Shown in pieces: positions 11,469 through 24,272 of a stretch of DNA of 64,000 nt; the stretch's first letter is position 1, and each line of letters starts with the position of its first letter. The DNA comes from Epithemia pelagica. Its lineage: Eukaryota > Protista > Bacillariophyta. Both the position numbers and the translations under genes were made by a program. Location of the stretch: contig OX337233.1 of NCBI GenBank assembly GCA_946965045.2, forward strand, positions 3,224,001 to 3,288,000, written 5' to 3'. Under the pieces are notes generated by a model. That model was not told the DNA's origin and searched no databases. It saw only the letters and a list, made by a program, of their open reading frames with translations.

Positions 11469-12400
11469 CTAGGTACAATGCTGCAACAAGAATGATATTG
11501 TGGAGTCCAAATCCCAATGGTTGGCTTGTAACAAGCTGTAAAGTGTAGAGGATCCAAAAAATGCGCATCCATGGACCACCACAACATTTATAGACAAGAG
11601 AGAGAGAGACAGTGGTTGTCAGATTCGTGCCAATGTGCGTGTCCGGAGCACAAATACGCACACACAAACGATTGGAGATGGAACGTACGCAATCGCTTCT
11701 GGTTTGCAAACGGCCGGAAATTGGAGTTGAAGCGCCGCAATCTTGTAGGAGGGTGTGGATGTATCTTGCAGTGGTTGGGGTGGACACATTACTGGTAGTT
11801 CTGGTTCGGGTGTACCAGGCTTTTGTGGTTGTGGTGGCCCATCGATTCGGCGACCACGTTCCGTGTCATTCAATGTCTCGCGAATGTTGTTGTCATTGTC
11901 GTTGGACCGAGTTGTTCGTTCACCACCAACCACAACGACTGGAATGCGCAGTCGTGCCGGTGCGAGGGCCAAATTGGACCCAGAAAAACAATTGGCACGT
12001 CGCAACTGCGTAGGAGTGATCTTGTACTTGAGACAGAGACCATTCAAGGTATCGTCGGGAAGCACCACGTGCGATTGATACTCAATGGTGGGTTCGGCAT
12101 TGGGTGTGTCATTGTCATCATCATGGTCCTGCTGCAACAGGCGTTGCAAAAAGGCTTCTTCGTCCTGAGGACAAAGGACGGATGATTTACGAGTACGGGA
12201 CGCTCCCGAAATGACAGCCTGGTTGCTGCTGGTAGTGGAACCATGGCTGGATGCTGCCTCATCGTCGTCATGATCCTCATCCTCCCAGGAAGGAGACGGT
12301 ACAACACGACGTGTGCTACTTGCTAATACCTGAGTGCGTGAAGCAGCAGCACGGTGACTTCGACTGCGGTTCGATTGAATGCTCAGCATACAAGAGAAAT
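11469..12400 (-). CDS. LysM-domain protein with C-terminal UBA-like helix bundle; intron 11536-11688; start approximate
   Basis: LysM: HVVLPDDTLNGLCLKYKITPTQLRRANC. GTACGT...TTACAG splicing gives EAIALLQANHWDLDSTISFLLQHCT*. The ORF-track start (12641) lies inside the mariner, so it is probably not the true start. Confidence 0.75.
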
Positions 12401-12615
12401 GACCAGAATCGTGTTCGACGACTCTAGAGAGACCACCATTTAACCTTACTATGTTGTCATGGTCGTCGGATGGAGATGTCCGTTCGAATCGAAAAACACG
12501 ACTCAAAGTCAAATGGGACTGTTCAAGTCCCGAGTTGAAAACAGATAGGCCTCTCTCGTCATAAGTAGCAAAACCTATCCTATTGCATACTCCTACTATA
12601 GTTGTAGTTGAGGTA

Positions 12616-14548
12616 CTCCCTCTGGACCGTATTTGTGTCACGCGCGACCAACGAGTAAAATTAGTCGCCTTAATACATCACGTAGACCCTGGTACAAACC
12701 TACGGGGAACTGGCCGGCTCATTCGGAGTCGAATTTTAGAGATGAACATACCACGAGACACGTGCCTAAAAATCATCCTAGTCTTCAACACCAACTCCCC
12801 ATCGGTATGAACGCTCATTTGTCTCCCTCCACCAGCCACACAAAACAAACAACACGAACAAACAAACCCTTCCTAATATCAAATGCTGTCCTATGGTGAC
12901 AATCAATGGCCGTAGCCCCTGGCCGCCTCCTGTCTCACTTGGAGGTCGGCCAGGTATTCAATAGATATACTAGTGTCATTAGGAGTCTATATGCAAATTG
13001 TTGTTTGAAGGATGTGAGTAGGCATCGGTCACCTCCAGAACAAGGGGGAGCTCTCCTCTCCTTTCAAGTGCTTCCTTGCTCATATGGGGAATTGCATAAT
13101 CATTGCCACCCTCCTGCTCAATAATGCAATTGAAACAAGATTGTAATGTCAGCCAGGTATGATTCAGTTTTTCTCTTGGGTATTCCTCGTAGGCTTTTTG
13201 AACTCCTTCAATCAACAGCTTCTCATCCGATCCAACAATCAAACTATAGCTTTGGATTGCTCGAAAGAAACCCAAGTCGCATATATTAGTGTCTGGGCTG
13301 TTGGCTGCCTGTGTGTAGAACTCTGCATTGATTCCTTTCTCTTTCATTGCCTTGAGAAACTCAACAAAATGTGGATCATTCTCCTCAATGTGGCTTTTTG
13401 CACCATCTTGTTGAAGTCTGATTTTCCTTCTGTTCCTGTCCCCTTCAGGCCACTTACATAGAATAGCTTCCATCAATTCTTCCATCAGTAGGTCCCTGTA
13501 CACCTTTCTTGTGATTGTCTGGTTTTTCCACACGCGGGTGCCCTTTGGCCTGTTCACGGAAGAGCGTTGCGCCGGAACCCACTTTCCAACAGGCCAAATG
13601 CCAAGCTTTCCATCCCACCAAGCATTCATAGAAGGCACAAAACGAGGTCGGGCGACAGCACATAGGAACATTACCTTGGTGATGTGTGATTTGTGTTTAC
13701 ATGACCGGTATGGCTTTGGTTCATCATCCGTTAGCAAGAAACGCTGTCCGTCGCGCGACACATGAAACCATTTTTCGTCCAAATGAATCAAATCCATCAT
13801 ATCCTGGTACTCACCGGGCTTAGTCTTACTGATAAAAGAAGTTGCCATGAGGTATCTGGACAGCTTGTTTGTTTCTGTGAGGTATGGACGCAATGAGTTG
13901 GTGTGAGACTTCAGAATGCCTCTTTCTTTCCATCGTTGCACAGTTCCCTTGCCAACATCCAACTCGGCGGAGAGTTTTCTCTGTGTTGTTCGACGAAGTA
14001 GAGGGATTGATTTAACGGCCTCCCTAACGATCGGAGACAAATAGATACGCTTTCGTCCGCGCCTGCAAGCCTTGGATCGCATTTCTGGTGAGTTAATTAC
14101 GCCCGACACACGAGTCAGCTTGGCACGCGCCCAAAGTTTACTTATAGAGGTTCTGTGAACACCAAATTTTTTGGCGACATCTGAAATGGCACCATGAGGA
14201 AGCTTGCCATTTTTAGCCAAGGCCAGGAGAAGCACCATGGCACGTCCACGGTCTTGGGGACGCATTTCCCTTCTGTTTGGACCCCCCTGGGCCTCCCCTA
14301 GAAGGGCTGGGTCTTGAAAGGAGTCAGGGGGCATGAACCGGTACGGCAAAGTTCGACAAGTTTTTTTGGTGTGCTTTAGTTCCCTCGTATGGCTCCAGAA
14401 ATGAGAGATCGAACATACAAATTATACATGGAAATGTAGGTCTTGGAAAGACTGACCGATCTATACAATTTTTAGTATAAACGGACATAAGCCCGTAAAG
14501 TTACAGTATTTTTTTTCAATTCGCGACACAATTTCGGTCCAGAGGGAG
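12616..14548 (-). mobile_element. Full-length Tc1/mariner element (plant DD39D/Stowaway-related lineage)
   Basis: TIRs CTCCCTCTGGACCG(T/A)A(T/A)TTGTGTC at both ends; TA duplication at 12614-12615 and 14549-14550; one intact transposase ORF. Confidence 0.95.
12979..14349 (-). CDS. Mariner transposase, DD42D
   Basis: 456 aa; N-terminal HTH (ISDVAKKFGVHRTSISKLW), HLDEKWF, KVMFLCAVARP, QQDGAKSH, NSPDTNICDLGFF; 42 residues between the 2nd and 3rd Asp. Confidence 0.93.
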   Translation of the reverse strand: MPYRFMPPDSFQDPALLGEAQGGPNRREMRPQDRGRAMVLLLALAKNGKLPHGAISDVAKKFGVHRTSISKLWARAKLTRVSGVINSPEMRSKACRRGRKRIYLSPIVREAVKSIPLLRRTTQRKLSAELDVGKGTVQRWKERGILKSHTNSLRPYLTETNKLSRYLMATSFISKTKPGEYQDMMDLIHLDEKWFHVSRDGQRFLLTDDEPKPYRSCKHKSHITKVMFLCAVARPRFVPSMNAWWDGKLGIWPVGKWVPAQRSSVNRPKGTRVWKNQTITRKVYRDLLMEELMEAILCKWPEGDRNRRKIRLQQDGAKSHIEENDPHFVEFLKAMKEKGINAEFYTQAANSPDTNICDLGFFRAIQSYSLIVGSDEKLLIEGVQKAYEEYPREKLNHTWLTLQSCFNCIIEQEGGNDYAIPHMSKEALERRGELPLVLEVTDAYSHPSNNNLHIDS

Positions 14549-14995
14549 TAGTCGGCAAGGAAGACATGCACTCTTATCCGTGTTTCCATCCTCCTTGGTC
14601 TATGAATAACAACACTGGGATCCTTTTGGAACAAAGAGTGATGCCATTCACCTCTCTAGAAAATGCAGAAAAAAGGGCATTGGAATGAAACTTGACGCAC
14701 TTCATTTAACACGACGTACAATATTATTCTACTCCTAGTAGGAGTACTGACTTCTGCATCCGTGCATGTTGGGTAGAACCTCGACCACGGCTTGACACTA
14801 TATCTTTCGTATGCTTGTCGAGAAGAATGAAACTTAAGGAGCTGTTCCACATTATAGAAAATGCCCGCAATTGTTCGCCCATTAGAGTCGCTCCGCCACC
14901 ATGGTTTTCGTCCAGCATCCAAACCCATACATAAACTATATGGAATGTACTTGTGTGACACGGCATTCTGTTGTGTGATTCCTCATGATGGTTTT

Positions 14996-16754
14996 TTATC
15001 GTTCAAAATTGGCCAAGATATCTTCTCCGACAATCATGGTTTCACTGGACAAGACGGGCAGATAAATTTCGCCGCCATTGTTGGCATAATCGCGTCGTTG
15101 ATGGGCCACCCAGGGTTCACTGGGATGCAATTTGGTCATGGCACCCAAAATGGGAAAGTACGAGGTTCCCGACACGTACAAGTTTTGAAAGTGGTAGGCC
15201 GTTTCAAAGGAATTGGCAAAATCCATGCGTTCTTGTCGTCCCCGGACATTCTGCTGTCCCGCCGCCGATACCTTGTCGGTCAAGTCGGGATTGAGCAAAA
15301 TGACGGGCCGATCGCCGGCCGCCTCCACCATGCCCTGCAACAGTGGGATAATGCTACTGTCGGTACCCACCATGGATTGGGGCGCCAGCAAGACAAAGAT
15401 ATCATCTTGGTGTTGGATTATTTCACCGTCCTCGTCTAGTTCTTGATTGACCACGTGCTCGGGGCCAATGGCACCAAAATTAATGTAATCGCCCACCATG
15501 CCCTCATTGGCTTCGCCCGATTCCGATTGCCAATCCATCATTTGCATAATTTTGGCCACGCCATTCAATTGTTTGGGGACGCCGGTAAAAATGCCTACAT
15601 ACGAGAAGCAGCAACAAGAACAAGACGCACAACAAAAGTCAGTGTGTGAGAAAAACAACACTCGAGTCGTTGGACCGTCACTTTCTGTCCACCATTGGGT
15701 CCCATCCAAACACCAAAACTCATCAACACACACACGGTCACGTACCGACTCCCATACTGCCCTGGACACAGAGTCGGACGCGGACATTTTCTTCGGCCAG
15801 TTTGATACAAATGGACCGGGCCATTTCCAACAGCGTTCCAATGCGATAACTGTCCATGGCGGGATTCAATTCGGGAAATTGGGCCACCACTTGCAACCGA
15901 TGGCTCATCGTGCCGTGACTGCAACGAACGACGGCATCACGGACCGCTTGGGCGGCTTGATCGTAAAAGTATTGACGGACATAGCGATTGTGTGGAACTT
16001 GATTCAAGTACATGTTTTCCGGCAATTTGCCAACGCCGGCGCCGCCCAATTGCGTCGCCAATTGAATGAGTTTGCCCGTCACGGCGGCATCGCCGACCAT
16101 CCAACACAGACGATTCAACCGACGCACAATGTCGTCCACCGGCAAGCGCGTGGCATCGTCGGCGATGGGCGGTAAGGTCGTATATCGCCGTCGTCGTTCC
16201 GGAATGGGATGGGCATTCAAGTCGAATGTGACGGTTTCCAACACGTCCGGTCGATTGCGGCGTTGCACCAGGACGGAGAGAGTGGCATTCTGCGAATTAA
16301 TGTCGGTGAGGGAGGCCGATTCCATGACAAAGGATCCACCGGAACGACTGTTGGATTTGGCCATTTCGGTACCCAGAGCCGAAAAGGCTTGCGCAAACTT
16401 TTGGAGGGTCGACGAATGATGCTGATTCATGTAGCCCAACAGAAAGGTGAATTGATCTGGTTCCAAGAACGACACCACGGGAGGAGGAGCCTCCTCACTA
16501 CTACTGGTAGTGGTTGTCTTGTCCGTTTGGGTGCCTTGATCGGTGGACGACTTGCTCGACAACGACAACGGCATTCCTCGAGACAGAAAGGACAAGTGTT
16601 GTGATGGTGACAGTCCAGAGTCATGATAGGTCTTCCAGGAACCAACTGTCTGAAAGGCCTGCGTCGTTGTAGGCAACAAGCCACTCAACAAGACGAGTGC
16701 GACGAGAGAACCAGCAACATGTTTGGTGGTGGTGAAACCACTTTGCTTCTTCAT
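14996..16754 (-). CDS. Plastid-targeted protein with DUF2470-like and DUF1995-like domains; intron 15595-15745
   Basis: Signal + TQA-F presequence; YMNQHH (DUF2470-like). C-terminal FPELNPAMDSYRIGT, VQGSMGVG/IFTGVP, RPVILLNPDL, GRQERMDF (DUF1995-like). The GT-AG intron joins ORFs 15738-16823 and 14996-15841 in frame. Confidence 0.75.
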
Positions 16755-17378
16755 GATTGTCCAACGTCCTTGCTCGTTCGAACTGTGTCTTTGGATTGAC
16801 ACAATAGAATTGTTGACATCCACAAAACAGAGAACGAGAGAAAAGAATCTCGCATCATCGCTTTCCGACTGACGACAGCGAGGTATCCGTGACTGATCCG
16901 TAGCTAGGAGTCACGCGCAAAGTGCGACTTGATGATTTCCCGGGACGGGGATTGGTGCTACCCGTGCTATGTTTTGCTATCCCCATGGATTCCTGCCAGT
17001 CATATCAGTCTCTAGCTAGAGTAAAAAGTTACAGGAACAACAAAAAACAAAGGTACAAAGTTACCGGGAAACAATGGTGAAAAGTCGGTCCTTCCACGTA
17101 GTAGAAGAAGTCGTAGTAGCAGTCGTTGTAGGACCACAGATATGGGCACAACTCTCTCCTTGTTCAGGGGGGAAAAGGATTCATGATCTGCGCGAATGGC
17201 CCAAAGGAAAAATGATCTGGATCCTTTCTAGAAACGAGGTAGTTGTTGCCTTTGGTCCCCAACAACCAAACACGGCCAAACGTGTGTTGCCAAAACACAA
17301 TTGGGCAGAACGTGTGTGTCGTTGGCAGTGTACAGCACTGCCACGACGGTTGCTTTGTACTACTCCGTAGTGGTACTA

Positions 17379-19511
17379 CTAACCACCACTAAAGAGATGA
17401 CCATCGTTGATTCTGGCTCTTGTGGTGTTGGAAGAAGTGTGGGTGGATGCACTTGTGGTCGTTGTTGTTGTTGTTGTTGTTGCCACCTGTTGCTCGAGGG
17501 CCGAGAGTGCCTGGGATTCGTCTCCCGGTGGAATATTCGCGTCCAGTGGTTGTTTCGTCTCATCAACAAGATTGAGTGGTTTCGTCGCATCGACGCTGTG
17601 GAGTTCTTCCAAAGGTTGTTGTTTTGTCTCTTGAATAGGTTGTTGTTGTTGTTGTTGTTGTTGTTGCCTTGCATCGACAAAGTTGAGTTCTTCCAGGCGA
17701 TGCATATCATAGGCTTGTTGGGGAAGTGCACTGTACCGTCCAATTACCGATGACGACGACGACGACGAGGATGGATCGGGAATGGGATCGGCTTCCGCAA
17801 AGTTGATTTGATATTCACTAATTTCCGCCAAGGCGGACAGGGTGATTTCGGTAATGAGTTCGGGTTTTCCGGGCAAGGCGGCGGGACCCATGAGTTCGGT
17901 CCAGGAGAGACCATCGAATTGAGCCGATTCCCAGTGCGAACATTCCGTTCCGGGTCCGCCCTCCCGTTCCAACAAGAGCGGTCCCGCAAATCCATTGTTG
18001 TTAAAGGCGGCCTGGGCCTGGTCGCAGGGATACTGAAACGAGGCCGGACAGCCGCAAAAGCATCCCACCTCAGGGGCATTGTCGAGACAAAAGGTTCCAA
18101 AGCCCAGGGCGTGCGCGAGTTCGTGCAAGACAATCGCTTTGGCCGTTTCGCGATCAAATCCTTCAAATTCGTTGATATTGAATCGCATTGTCCCGGAAAT
18201 GGAGCTCTTGGGCAATCCAGAATCAAAGAAGCGGGTAAAGACGGGTCCGGCAATACCCGCCACGTTACCCGGCAAATCGACAAATTCGTACCCAATCAAG
18301 ACATCATCGACGGGTCCATTGGCCGTTTGTCCAAGACGACCGGCAAACCAATCGTCGGGTGTTGGTCCAAAGGGCGGAGGACTCTCGCGTGGTTCCAGGT
18401 CATTGAGAATGAGTTGTTCCCATCGATCGGCCGATTCTCGAACCAAGTCATCAAAGGCCGTAACGGTCCCGGTATTTTGCAAGGTAATGTTGAATCGTTC
18501 CAAGGGTGTGGGTTGCGCCGTCGTATCCGGTGTCGGCATGTTGGTCGTATCCGGTGTCGGCACACTTGTCGTGTCGGGAGAGAGGGACGGAATGGGTTGT
18601 GCTGTCGTGGGTTCGCTCGTTGGCGTGGGGGGAGACGGTGGAATGGTCGTGGTGGGGGTGGAAACGGGCATGGTTGTGGGACTAGGAATGGGAGGCCGTG
18701 GCCGTGGTGTGGGGGGACGCGTTGTGGGTGGAGAAAAGGATGGAGCCAAGACTGGAAAATTAAAGCCCTTGCCCTTGCCAACACCCTTACCGACGCCTTT
18801 GCCAACGCCCTTGCCAACGCCCTTGCCAACGCCCTTACCAACGCCCTTACCGACACCTTTGCCTTTTCTCTTTCCCTTGCCTTTGGAACCCTTGCTCTTG
18901 TCCTTCATCATCATTTTGGGTTTCATTTTGGAACTAGATCCCTTGCCTTTTGCCATGTTGTATCGGTAATGATTAAAGATATTGGGTTCGTACCGATAAT
19001 TGTCGGTTGGTTTCGGGGTCGAGGAGGAGGAGGAGATGCGAGGTTTGGTCGAGGAGGATGGGAGGGGCAGTCGAATCGAGGCGGGTTCGTTTCGGGGGGG
19101 CGGTGGAGGTGGTGGTTTGAGCGGTTTGGTGGCTGCTGCTTTGGGTACCGCAGGTGTACTCTGTTGCGGTGACGATCGGTGTCTCCATCTTAGTAGTAAA
19201 TTCTTGGATGCCGTTTTGTGGAGAATGCCATCTGGTGGATGGATGGAGGAATAATAGCTTGTCCCATTCGAGCTTGAATTTGAGCATTCAGTGACATTGG
19301 GAATCCATTGCGGTGTGAAATGACTGGGGTTGGAGCAAAACGGAACGATCGTGGTGTTATCATCATGTCGTTCCTGGTCCGTTACTGTATACGTCGAATC
19401 ATCAGTATCTTGGTGGAGGCCTTGATGTACCAACAAGTCTTGGTGTTGAGACACCAACAACACAATGAAGGGAAACATGCGGACTGTCCGACGGAGAAAG
19501 CCATCTCTCAT
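17379..19511 (-). CDS. Leishmanolysin-like (M8 metzincin) protease with Lys/Gly repeat and Pro/Thr stalk
   Basis: 710 aa; [16 protein letters not shown] (third His), ELM Met-turn; (GKGV)n and PT-rich N-terminal half. Confidence 0.85.
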   Translation of the reverse strand: MRDGFLRRTVRMFPFIVLLVSQHQDLLVHQGLHQDTDDSTYTVTDQERHDDNTTIVPFCSNPSHFTPQWIPNVTECSNSSSNGTSYYSSIHPPDGILHKTASKNLLLRWRHRSSPQQSTPAVPKAAATKPLKPPPPPPPRNEPASIRLPLPSSSTKPRISSSSSTPKPTDNYRYEPNIFNHYRYNMAKGKGSSSKMKPKMMMKDKSKGSKGKGKRKGKGVGKGVGKGVGKGVGKGVGKGVGKGVGKGKGFNFPVLAPSFSPPTTRPPTPRPRPPIPSPTTMPVSTPTTTIPPSPPTPTSEPTTAQPIPSLSPDTTSVPTPDTTNMPTPDTTAQPTPLERFNITLQNTGTVTAFDDLVRESADRWEQLILNDLEPRESPPPFGPTPDDWFAGRLGQTANGPVDDVLIGYEFVDLPGNVAGIAGPVFTRFFDSGLPKSSISGTMRFNINEFEGFDRETAKAIVLHELAHALGFGTFCLDNAPEVGCFCGCPASFQYPCDQAQAAFNNNGFAGPLLLEREGGPGTECSHWESAQFDGLSWTELMGPAALPGKPELITEITLSALAEISEYQINFAEADPIPDPSSSSSSSSVIGRYSALPQQAYDMHRLEELNFVDARQQQQQQQQQPIQETKQQPLEELHSVDATKPLNLVDETKQPLDANIPPGDESQALSALEQQVATTTTTTTTTSASTHTSSNTTRARINDGHLFSGG

Positions 19512-20112
19512 TCTGATACCTCCGATGATAGGGGAGTATGAATGACCTCAGATGATAGGATTATGAATGCAACAACAACCCAAGAAAAGGGATTTTATGC
19601 CTTGTTCGTGGAATGGCTTGGATGGGTGGATGGTTGTGTTGTATTTTTGGGTTTTATTTAATGCATCAAGCAACCAGAGCTTTGTTTCTGGGGAGAGTTG
19701 CTCTCTCTCTTGCGAAAATATCAAAAGAGACAGTTTGCTAGTTTTGCAGTTTGTTGAGGCGTTGGACTTGCAAAAATCACGATTGGAAGACCGCCAGGCG
19801 CGCGAAGGACAAGACACAGTTAAGATAAATATATAGTAGTGTACCACATTTAACAGGATGTCATTGTAGCACGCACGGCGGCCTATTCGAACCGTAAATT
19901 TTCCGTCCAACGCACATTGGGTTGTGTGATTCGATTCTCGAATGTTGTCGCGTTGCGCTCCAGACCGTTTGACAAAACACCAAAACCCTTTGGAATTCTT
20001 GATGCACCACGAGTTTATCACCATGGTTGACAGTGACAGATAGAGCTGCTTTCGGAAAGAGAAAGAGACAGCAAAAGAGAGCAGCTCGCAAAAGAGAGAA
20101 AGGGGGGAGGAT

Positions 20113-22947
20113 ATGAGAATGTCAGTGGTGGTTGGCATACTGACCGGTTCGATTCCGGTCTTGTTGCATCATGGCACTTATTGTTGTTCTGCCGACGAGT
20201 CCAACCGAATGTACATCAACGAGAGCGCTGACCATATTGGAAATGCCACACGAACCCACGACAGGATACTGAGTCGTGAGGACCGAATGGCCATCCGCAA
20301 GAGAAAAAAGCGAATGTTGGAATGGTTTGGAGACAACGATGACGACGAACACGTGGCAGCCGCATCCTCGGTTGATGCTCGTCGACAATTCATCAAACGC
20401 CTTTCCAATGCCGCCAAGCAACCCAAACGGCCTCGTCGAAACAAGGAAAGCAAGTCCTATTCTTCATCATCGTCACGCGACAGTTCCCGGTATCATCGTC
20501 ATTATCATTCCTTTCCACAAGAGAACAATGAACCATCCTCGTTGACGACAACTCACATTCCATCCATTGCTCCGGCACAAGCCGTGGATGTGTTTTCGAA
20601 ACACCACTCCGTCACATCCCCTCAGATTCACAACAACAACAACAACAACCAGAACACTGATCACAATGTCTTTGGCACGGAAAAGGTGGCAAGTGTACCG
20701 TCTCCCAGCATGTTTCAAAGTGACAGTAGCCAGTCGAGTCCATACACCTATATCATTGTTCATCAAGGACGAGGAAAAAAGGAAAAGTCCACCAAGGACA
20801 ATGACCGTGGCAAAAAGGAAAAGACGCACAAGTACATTTATTTTCCGCCTGTGCAATTTCCATCCCGACCGTCGTCTCCTTCCAATAATAGTACATCCCG
20901 TCCCGTTCCTACTGGACCAGCGCCGAGTGGGGCTGCACCACAATCTCCTCCCTCCTCTTCCTCTTCCTCCTCGGTGGCCCCCAGTTCGTTGCGACCCGTC
21001 TTGATCCAAGAGCCACCCAAGTATCAAGCCACGTCGCCGTCCGTCTTTCTCACTTCGGTACCGACTACCAAGCCCACTACCAAACCAACGACAAAACCAA
21101 CAACGTTCTTCACACAAGTGCCAACGACCAAACCCACAACGACACCTACCACGGAAACAGAACTTCCAACGACAGCCCTTCCATCCTTGCCCAGTCCGGT
21201 GCCGACTACCACCACCAAAACTCCATCACGAGGACCAGTCACAGTGCCTCCGGCAATCAGTCCAATCAGTCCTCCCCTATCGACATTGCCTCCCACCATA
21301 CCACAACCATCACCACCGCCACCAACCTCATTACCTCCTACCAAACAACCCATCACACCACAACCATCACCACTACCTCCTCAACCAACCTCTTTGCCTC
21401 CTACCAAACAACCAGCTCCCGGACCCACGCCACCTCCCATTAAAGTCTCTACACCTCCTCCAACCTCGCCGCCGCCGACCAAGCAACCGACCAAGCAACC
21501 GACCAAGCAACCAACGCCCCGACCCACAACCCGGCCTCCCACAAAGAGTCCTACACCTCAACCGACACCGAATCCTACCAAGCAGCCCACGCCCCGACCC
21601 ACAACCCGACCTCCCACCAAACAGCCGACGCCGTCGCCGACACCCCAACCCGTTGTTGGGCCCACGCGACAGCCTACTCCCAATCCCACCAAGCAACCTA
21701 CTCCTAGACCCACCATGGCTCCCACCAAACAGCCAACACCACAACCGACACCCAATCCCACTAAACAACCTACTCCTAGACCCACCAAACAGCCAACTCC
21801 TAGAACCACCATGGCTCCTACCAAACAGCCAACTCCCAGACCAACACCACGACCCACTCCTAGACCCACCATGGCTCCTACAAAACAGCCAACTCCTAGA
21901 CCCACTATGGCTCCTACCAAACAGCCGACACCCAGACCAACACCACGACCCACACCGGCTCCTACCAAGCAACCGACTCCCCGACCCACACCACAACCCA
22001 CTCCTAGACCAACACCACGACCTACTCCTAGACCAACGGTACAATCGGAATTCGACATTGAATTAATGAATACAGGAACCGTTCGAGACTACGACGCCTT
22101 GGTTCGAAGTGTAGCGAGACGTTGGGAGCAAGTCATTGTCAACGACTTGACACCCCAAGAGTCTCCGCCATTTGGGAACGATTGGTTTCGTGGACGGCTG
22201 CTCCAGACGGCCAACGGTCCAGTGGACGACGTGCTTGTGGGCTACCAATTTGTGCCCATTGATGGTCCGGGTGGCATTGCGGGTAGCGCAGGTCCTCTCC
22301 ATACCCGTTTTGCGGGCGGACGACGGGTGAGCAGCATGTCGGGCTTTCTGGAACTGGATGTTGCAGACTTTGCGCGATTTGACGAGGGAACGGCACGCAG
22401 CCTTCTCTTGCATGAAATGGGACATGCGTTGGGGTTTGGAACATTTTGTCCCAACAGTGGAAATGGCGGCATATGCTTTTGTTCCTGTCCGGATGAGACT
22501 TTTGAATACACGTGCAGTGACGCCAGGCAAGCCTTTAATAGTCTCGGTTTTAGTGGCCCATTGTTGTTGGAAAGTGAGGGTTCGAGTGGCGTCATTTGTA
22601 AGCATTGGGAATCCTCGCTGTTTACCGACTTGACGTGGACCGAAGTCATGGAACCAAGTGCCCGAGCTCGAAAACCCGAGCTCTTGACGGAAATTACCAT
22701 TTCGGCCATGGGTGAAATTGGAGAATATCAAGTCAATCTCGGTGCGGCCGATCCGGTTCCCCAGTCGGCCAGTGTCAAGCCACTGCAGTACAGTGCCTTG
22801 CCAGGTATGTCCTATCAGGCCTTTCATGTGGGAGAAGATGGATTTGGTATTGAATTACTTGACGACACGGCGGACGATCAGAGTGTGATTGTGAAAGATT
22901 TCCGATCTCCCCTCGATAACGTATTTTTTCATCCAAACACCACATGA
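20113..22947 (+). CDS. Leishmanolysin-like (M8) protease with long [10 protein letters not shown] repeat stalk
   Basis: 944 aa; [19 protein letters not shown]; catalytic domain colinear with the 17379-19511 paralog. Confidence 0.85.
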   Translation: MRMSVVVGILTGSIPVLLHHGTYCCSADESNRMYINESADHIGNATRTHDRILSREDRMAIRKRKKRMLEWFGDNDDDEHVAAASSVDARRQFIKRLSNAAKQPKRPRRNKESKSYSSSSSRDSSRYHRHYHSFPQENNEPSSLTTTHIPSIAPAQAVDVFSKHHSVTSPQIHNNNNNNQNTDHNVFGTEKVASVPSPSMFQSDSSQSSPYTYIIVHQGRGKKEKSTKDNDRGKKEKTHKYIYFPPVQFPSRPSSPSNNSTSRPVPTGPAPSGAAPQSPPSSSSSSSVAPSSLRPVLIQEPPKYQATSPSVFLTSVPTTKPTTKPTTKPTTFFTQVPTTKPTTTPTTETELPTTALPSLPSPVPTTTTKTPSRGPVTVPPAISPISPPLSTLPPTIPQPSPPPPTSLPPTKQPITPQPSPLPPQPTSLPPTKQPAPGPTPPPIKVSTPPPTSPPPTKQPTKQPTKQPTPRPTTRPPTKSPTPQPTPNPTKQPTPRPTTRPPTKQPTPSPTPQPVVGPTRQPTPNPTKQPTPRPTMAPTKQPTPQPTPNPTKQPTPRPTKQPTPRTTMAPTKQPTPRPTPRPTPRPTMAPTKQPTPRPTMAPTKQPTPRPTPRPTPAPTKQPTPRPTPQPTPRPTPRPTPRPTVQSEFDIELMNTGTVRDYDALVRSVARRWEQVIVNDLTPQESPPFGNDWFRGRLLQTANGPVDDVLVGYQFVPIDGPGGIAGSAGPLHTRFAGGRRVSSMSGFLELDVADFARFDEGTARSLLLHEMGHALGFGTFCPNSGNGGICFCSCPDETFEYTCSDARQAFNSLGFSGPLLLESEGSSGVICKHWESSLFTDLTWTEVMEPSARARKPELLTEITISAMGEIGEYQVNLGAADPVPQSASVKPLQYSALPGMSYQAFHVGEDGFGIELLDDTADDQSVIVKDFRSPLDNVFFHPNTT

Positions 22948-23599
22948 GGGGAAGATTCATGAGATATATATACACCCACAGAATGTGAGGACTCCTACCA
23001 TACCACATTATGGAGATAAGGAATTGGCAATCGACTTGCTCGAAGCCACTGTTCATGACGAGGAAGTGACTACAAAGATCTCCAGTCACATTTTCACGAC
23101 CACTGCTTCTTTGGAATGGCGATGGACTGGGGGTACAATATAAGGAACACCGTTCTTGGGACGAGTGACTTGCCATCACTACATGAATACCGAACCTATT
23201 GTTTTAGGGGTCGAACCTGGAATACAACGTCATTGTCCTTCTCTCTACAGGACAGCACACGAGACAATGCTCCTTCCATTGCAAATTGGATTTGAGTTTG
23301 GGGTGACAAAACACCGCTGGATCCGTACCAATCATCGCCCTACTAACAACGATACTCTCCTAATAATAGCTAGTCCATAGTTTTGGTTCCTTCTTACTAT
23401 CTCTTGTCCCTCTCTCTCTAGATACGGATATGTCTATCTTCGGATATGTCTATCTTTATGGATCATTCAAAAGTATAATAGGGCGGCGGTGAGTCTCCAC
23501 CACTCCGTATTAGTATCGCAGATTGCAGCAGAGCATTATTCCAAACCAACCCAAATTTTGCAAAGAACAAGAACAAGAACAAGAACAGCAACAACAACA

Positions 23600-23900
23600 A
23601 GACGACGAATCATACGACAATCCACACAGTGCATAGAACTAACTGCTGACTACTACCTAGGATAGATGATCCTGGATCCTCCTTTTTTGTGTGTGAATTC
23701 ACACACCGCGTCGTTTTCTCTTTTCTCCGGCAGTACAGAGTATTCGAGCCAGACGACGAATCATACGACAATCCACCCAGTGCCTATAACTAACTGACTA
23801 CTACCTATTAGGATAGATGATCCTAGATCCTCCTTTTGGGTATGTGAATTCACACACCGCGTCGTGTTCTCTTCTTCTCTGGCAGTACAACGTATTCGAG
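23600..23900. repeat. Two diverged tandem copies of a ~151-bp unit
   Basis: AGACGACGAATCATACGACAATCCAC...GAATTCACACACCGCGTCGT...GGCAGTACA..GTATTCGAG starts at 23600 and again at 23751. Confidence 0.85.
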
Positions 23901-24272
23901 AGGAGCGGACGACACACCACAAACGTGAGGCGGCATGACAGAGAGTTTTCTAGCACGGACAACACGTGATCGAACAACGCGCCTCTTCTTGGAGAGAACA
24001 CGACGACGAGACTTGGCAGTCTTGTCGTTGTTCTTGTAGCGTTGCAAACCAAGCAGCCGCACTGACTGGTACCAACACACCCAAAAAAAACCACAGGGTT
24101 CTGAGGCTTTTGTGTATTCTCGGCGTCGTCGTCGTCGTGTTGTTGATGTTGTTGTCATCGTCCTTTTGTGCCAGCGACGAATGGTCCACCACTCAACACC
24201 AATTCTATGTCGGTACTAGCAGTCGCAACGATCGTGGCCATGTATATATGTAGAGATTCGATGGAACGTTCA

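Noticed and set aside
12583-12641. ORF-track start 12641 for the LysM gene
   Set aside because: The ATG lies inside the mariner terminus (12616 onward); the read-through is incidental.
21480-22040. Regular repeats resembling a CRISPR array
   Set aside because: In-frame coding repeats ([10 protein letters not shown]) with no unique spacers or cas genes; eukaryotic context.
17808-22827. Long alternative-frame ORFs over the proteases (e.g. 17808-19172, 18079-18969, 21558-22058)
   Set aside because: Explained by stop-poor repetitive Pro/Thr/Gly coding sequence.
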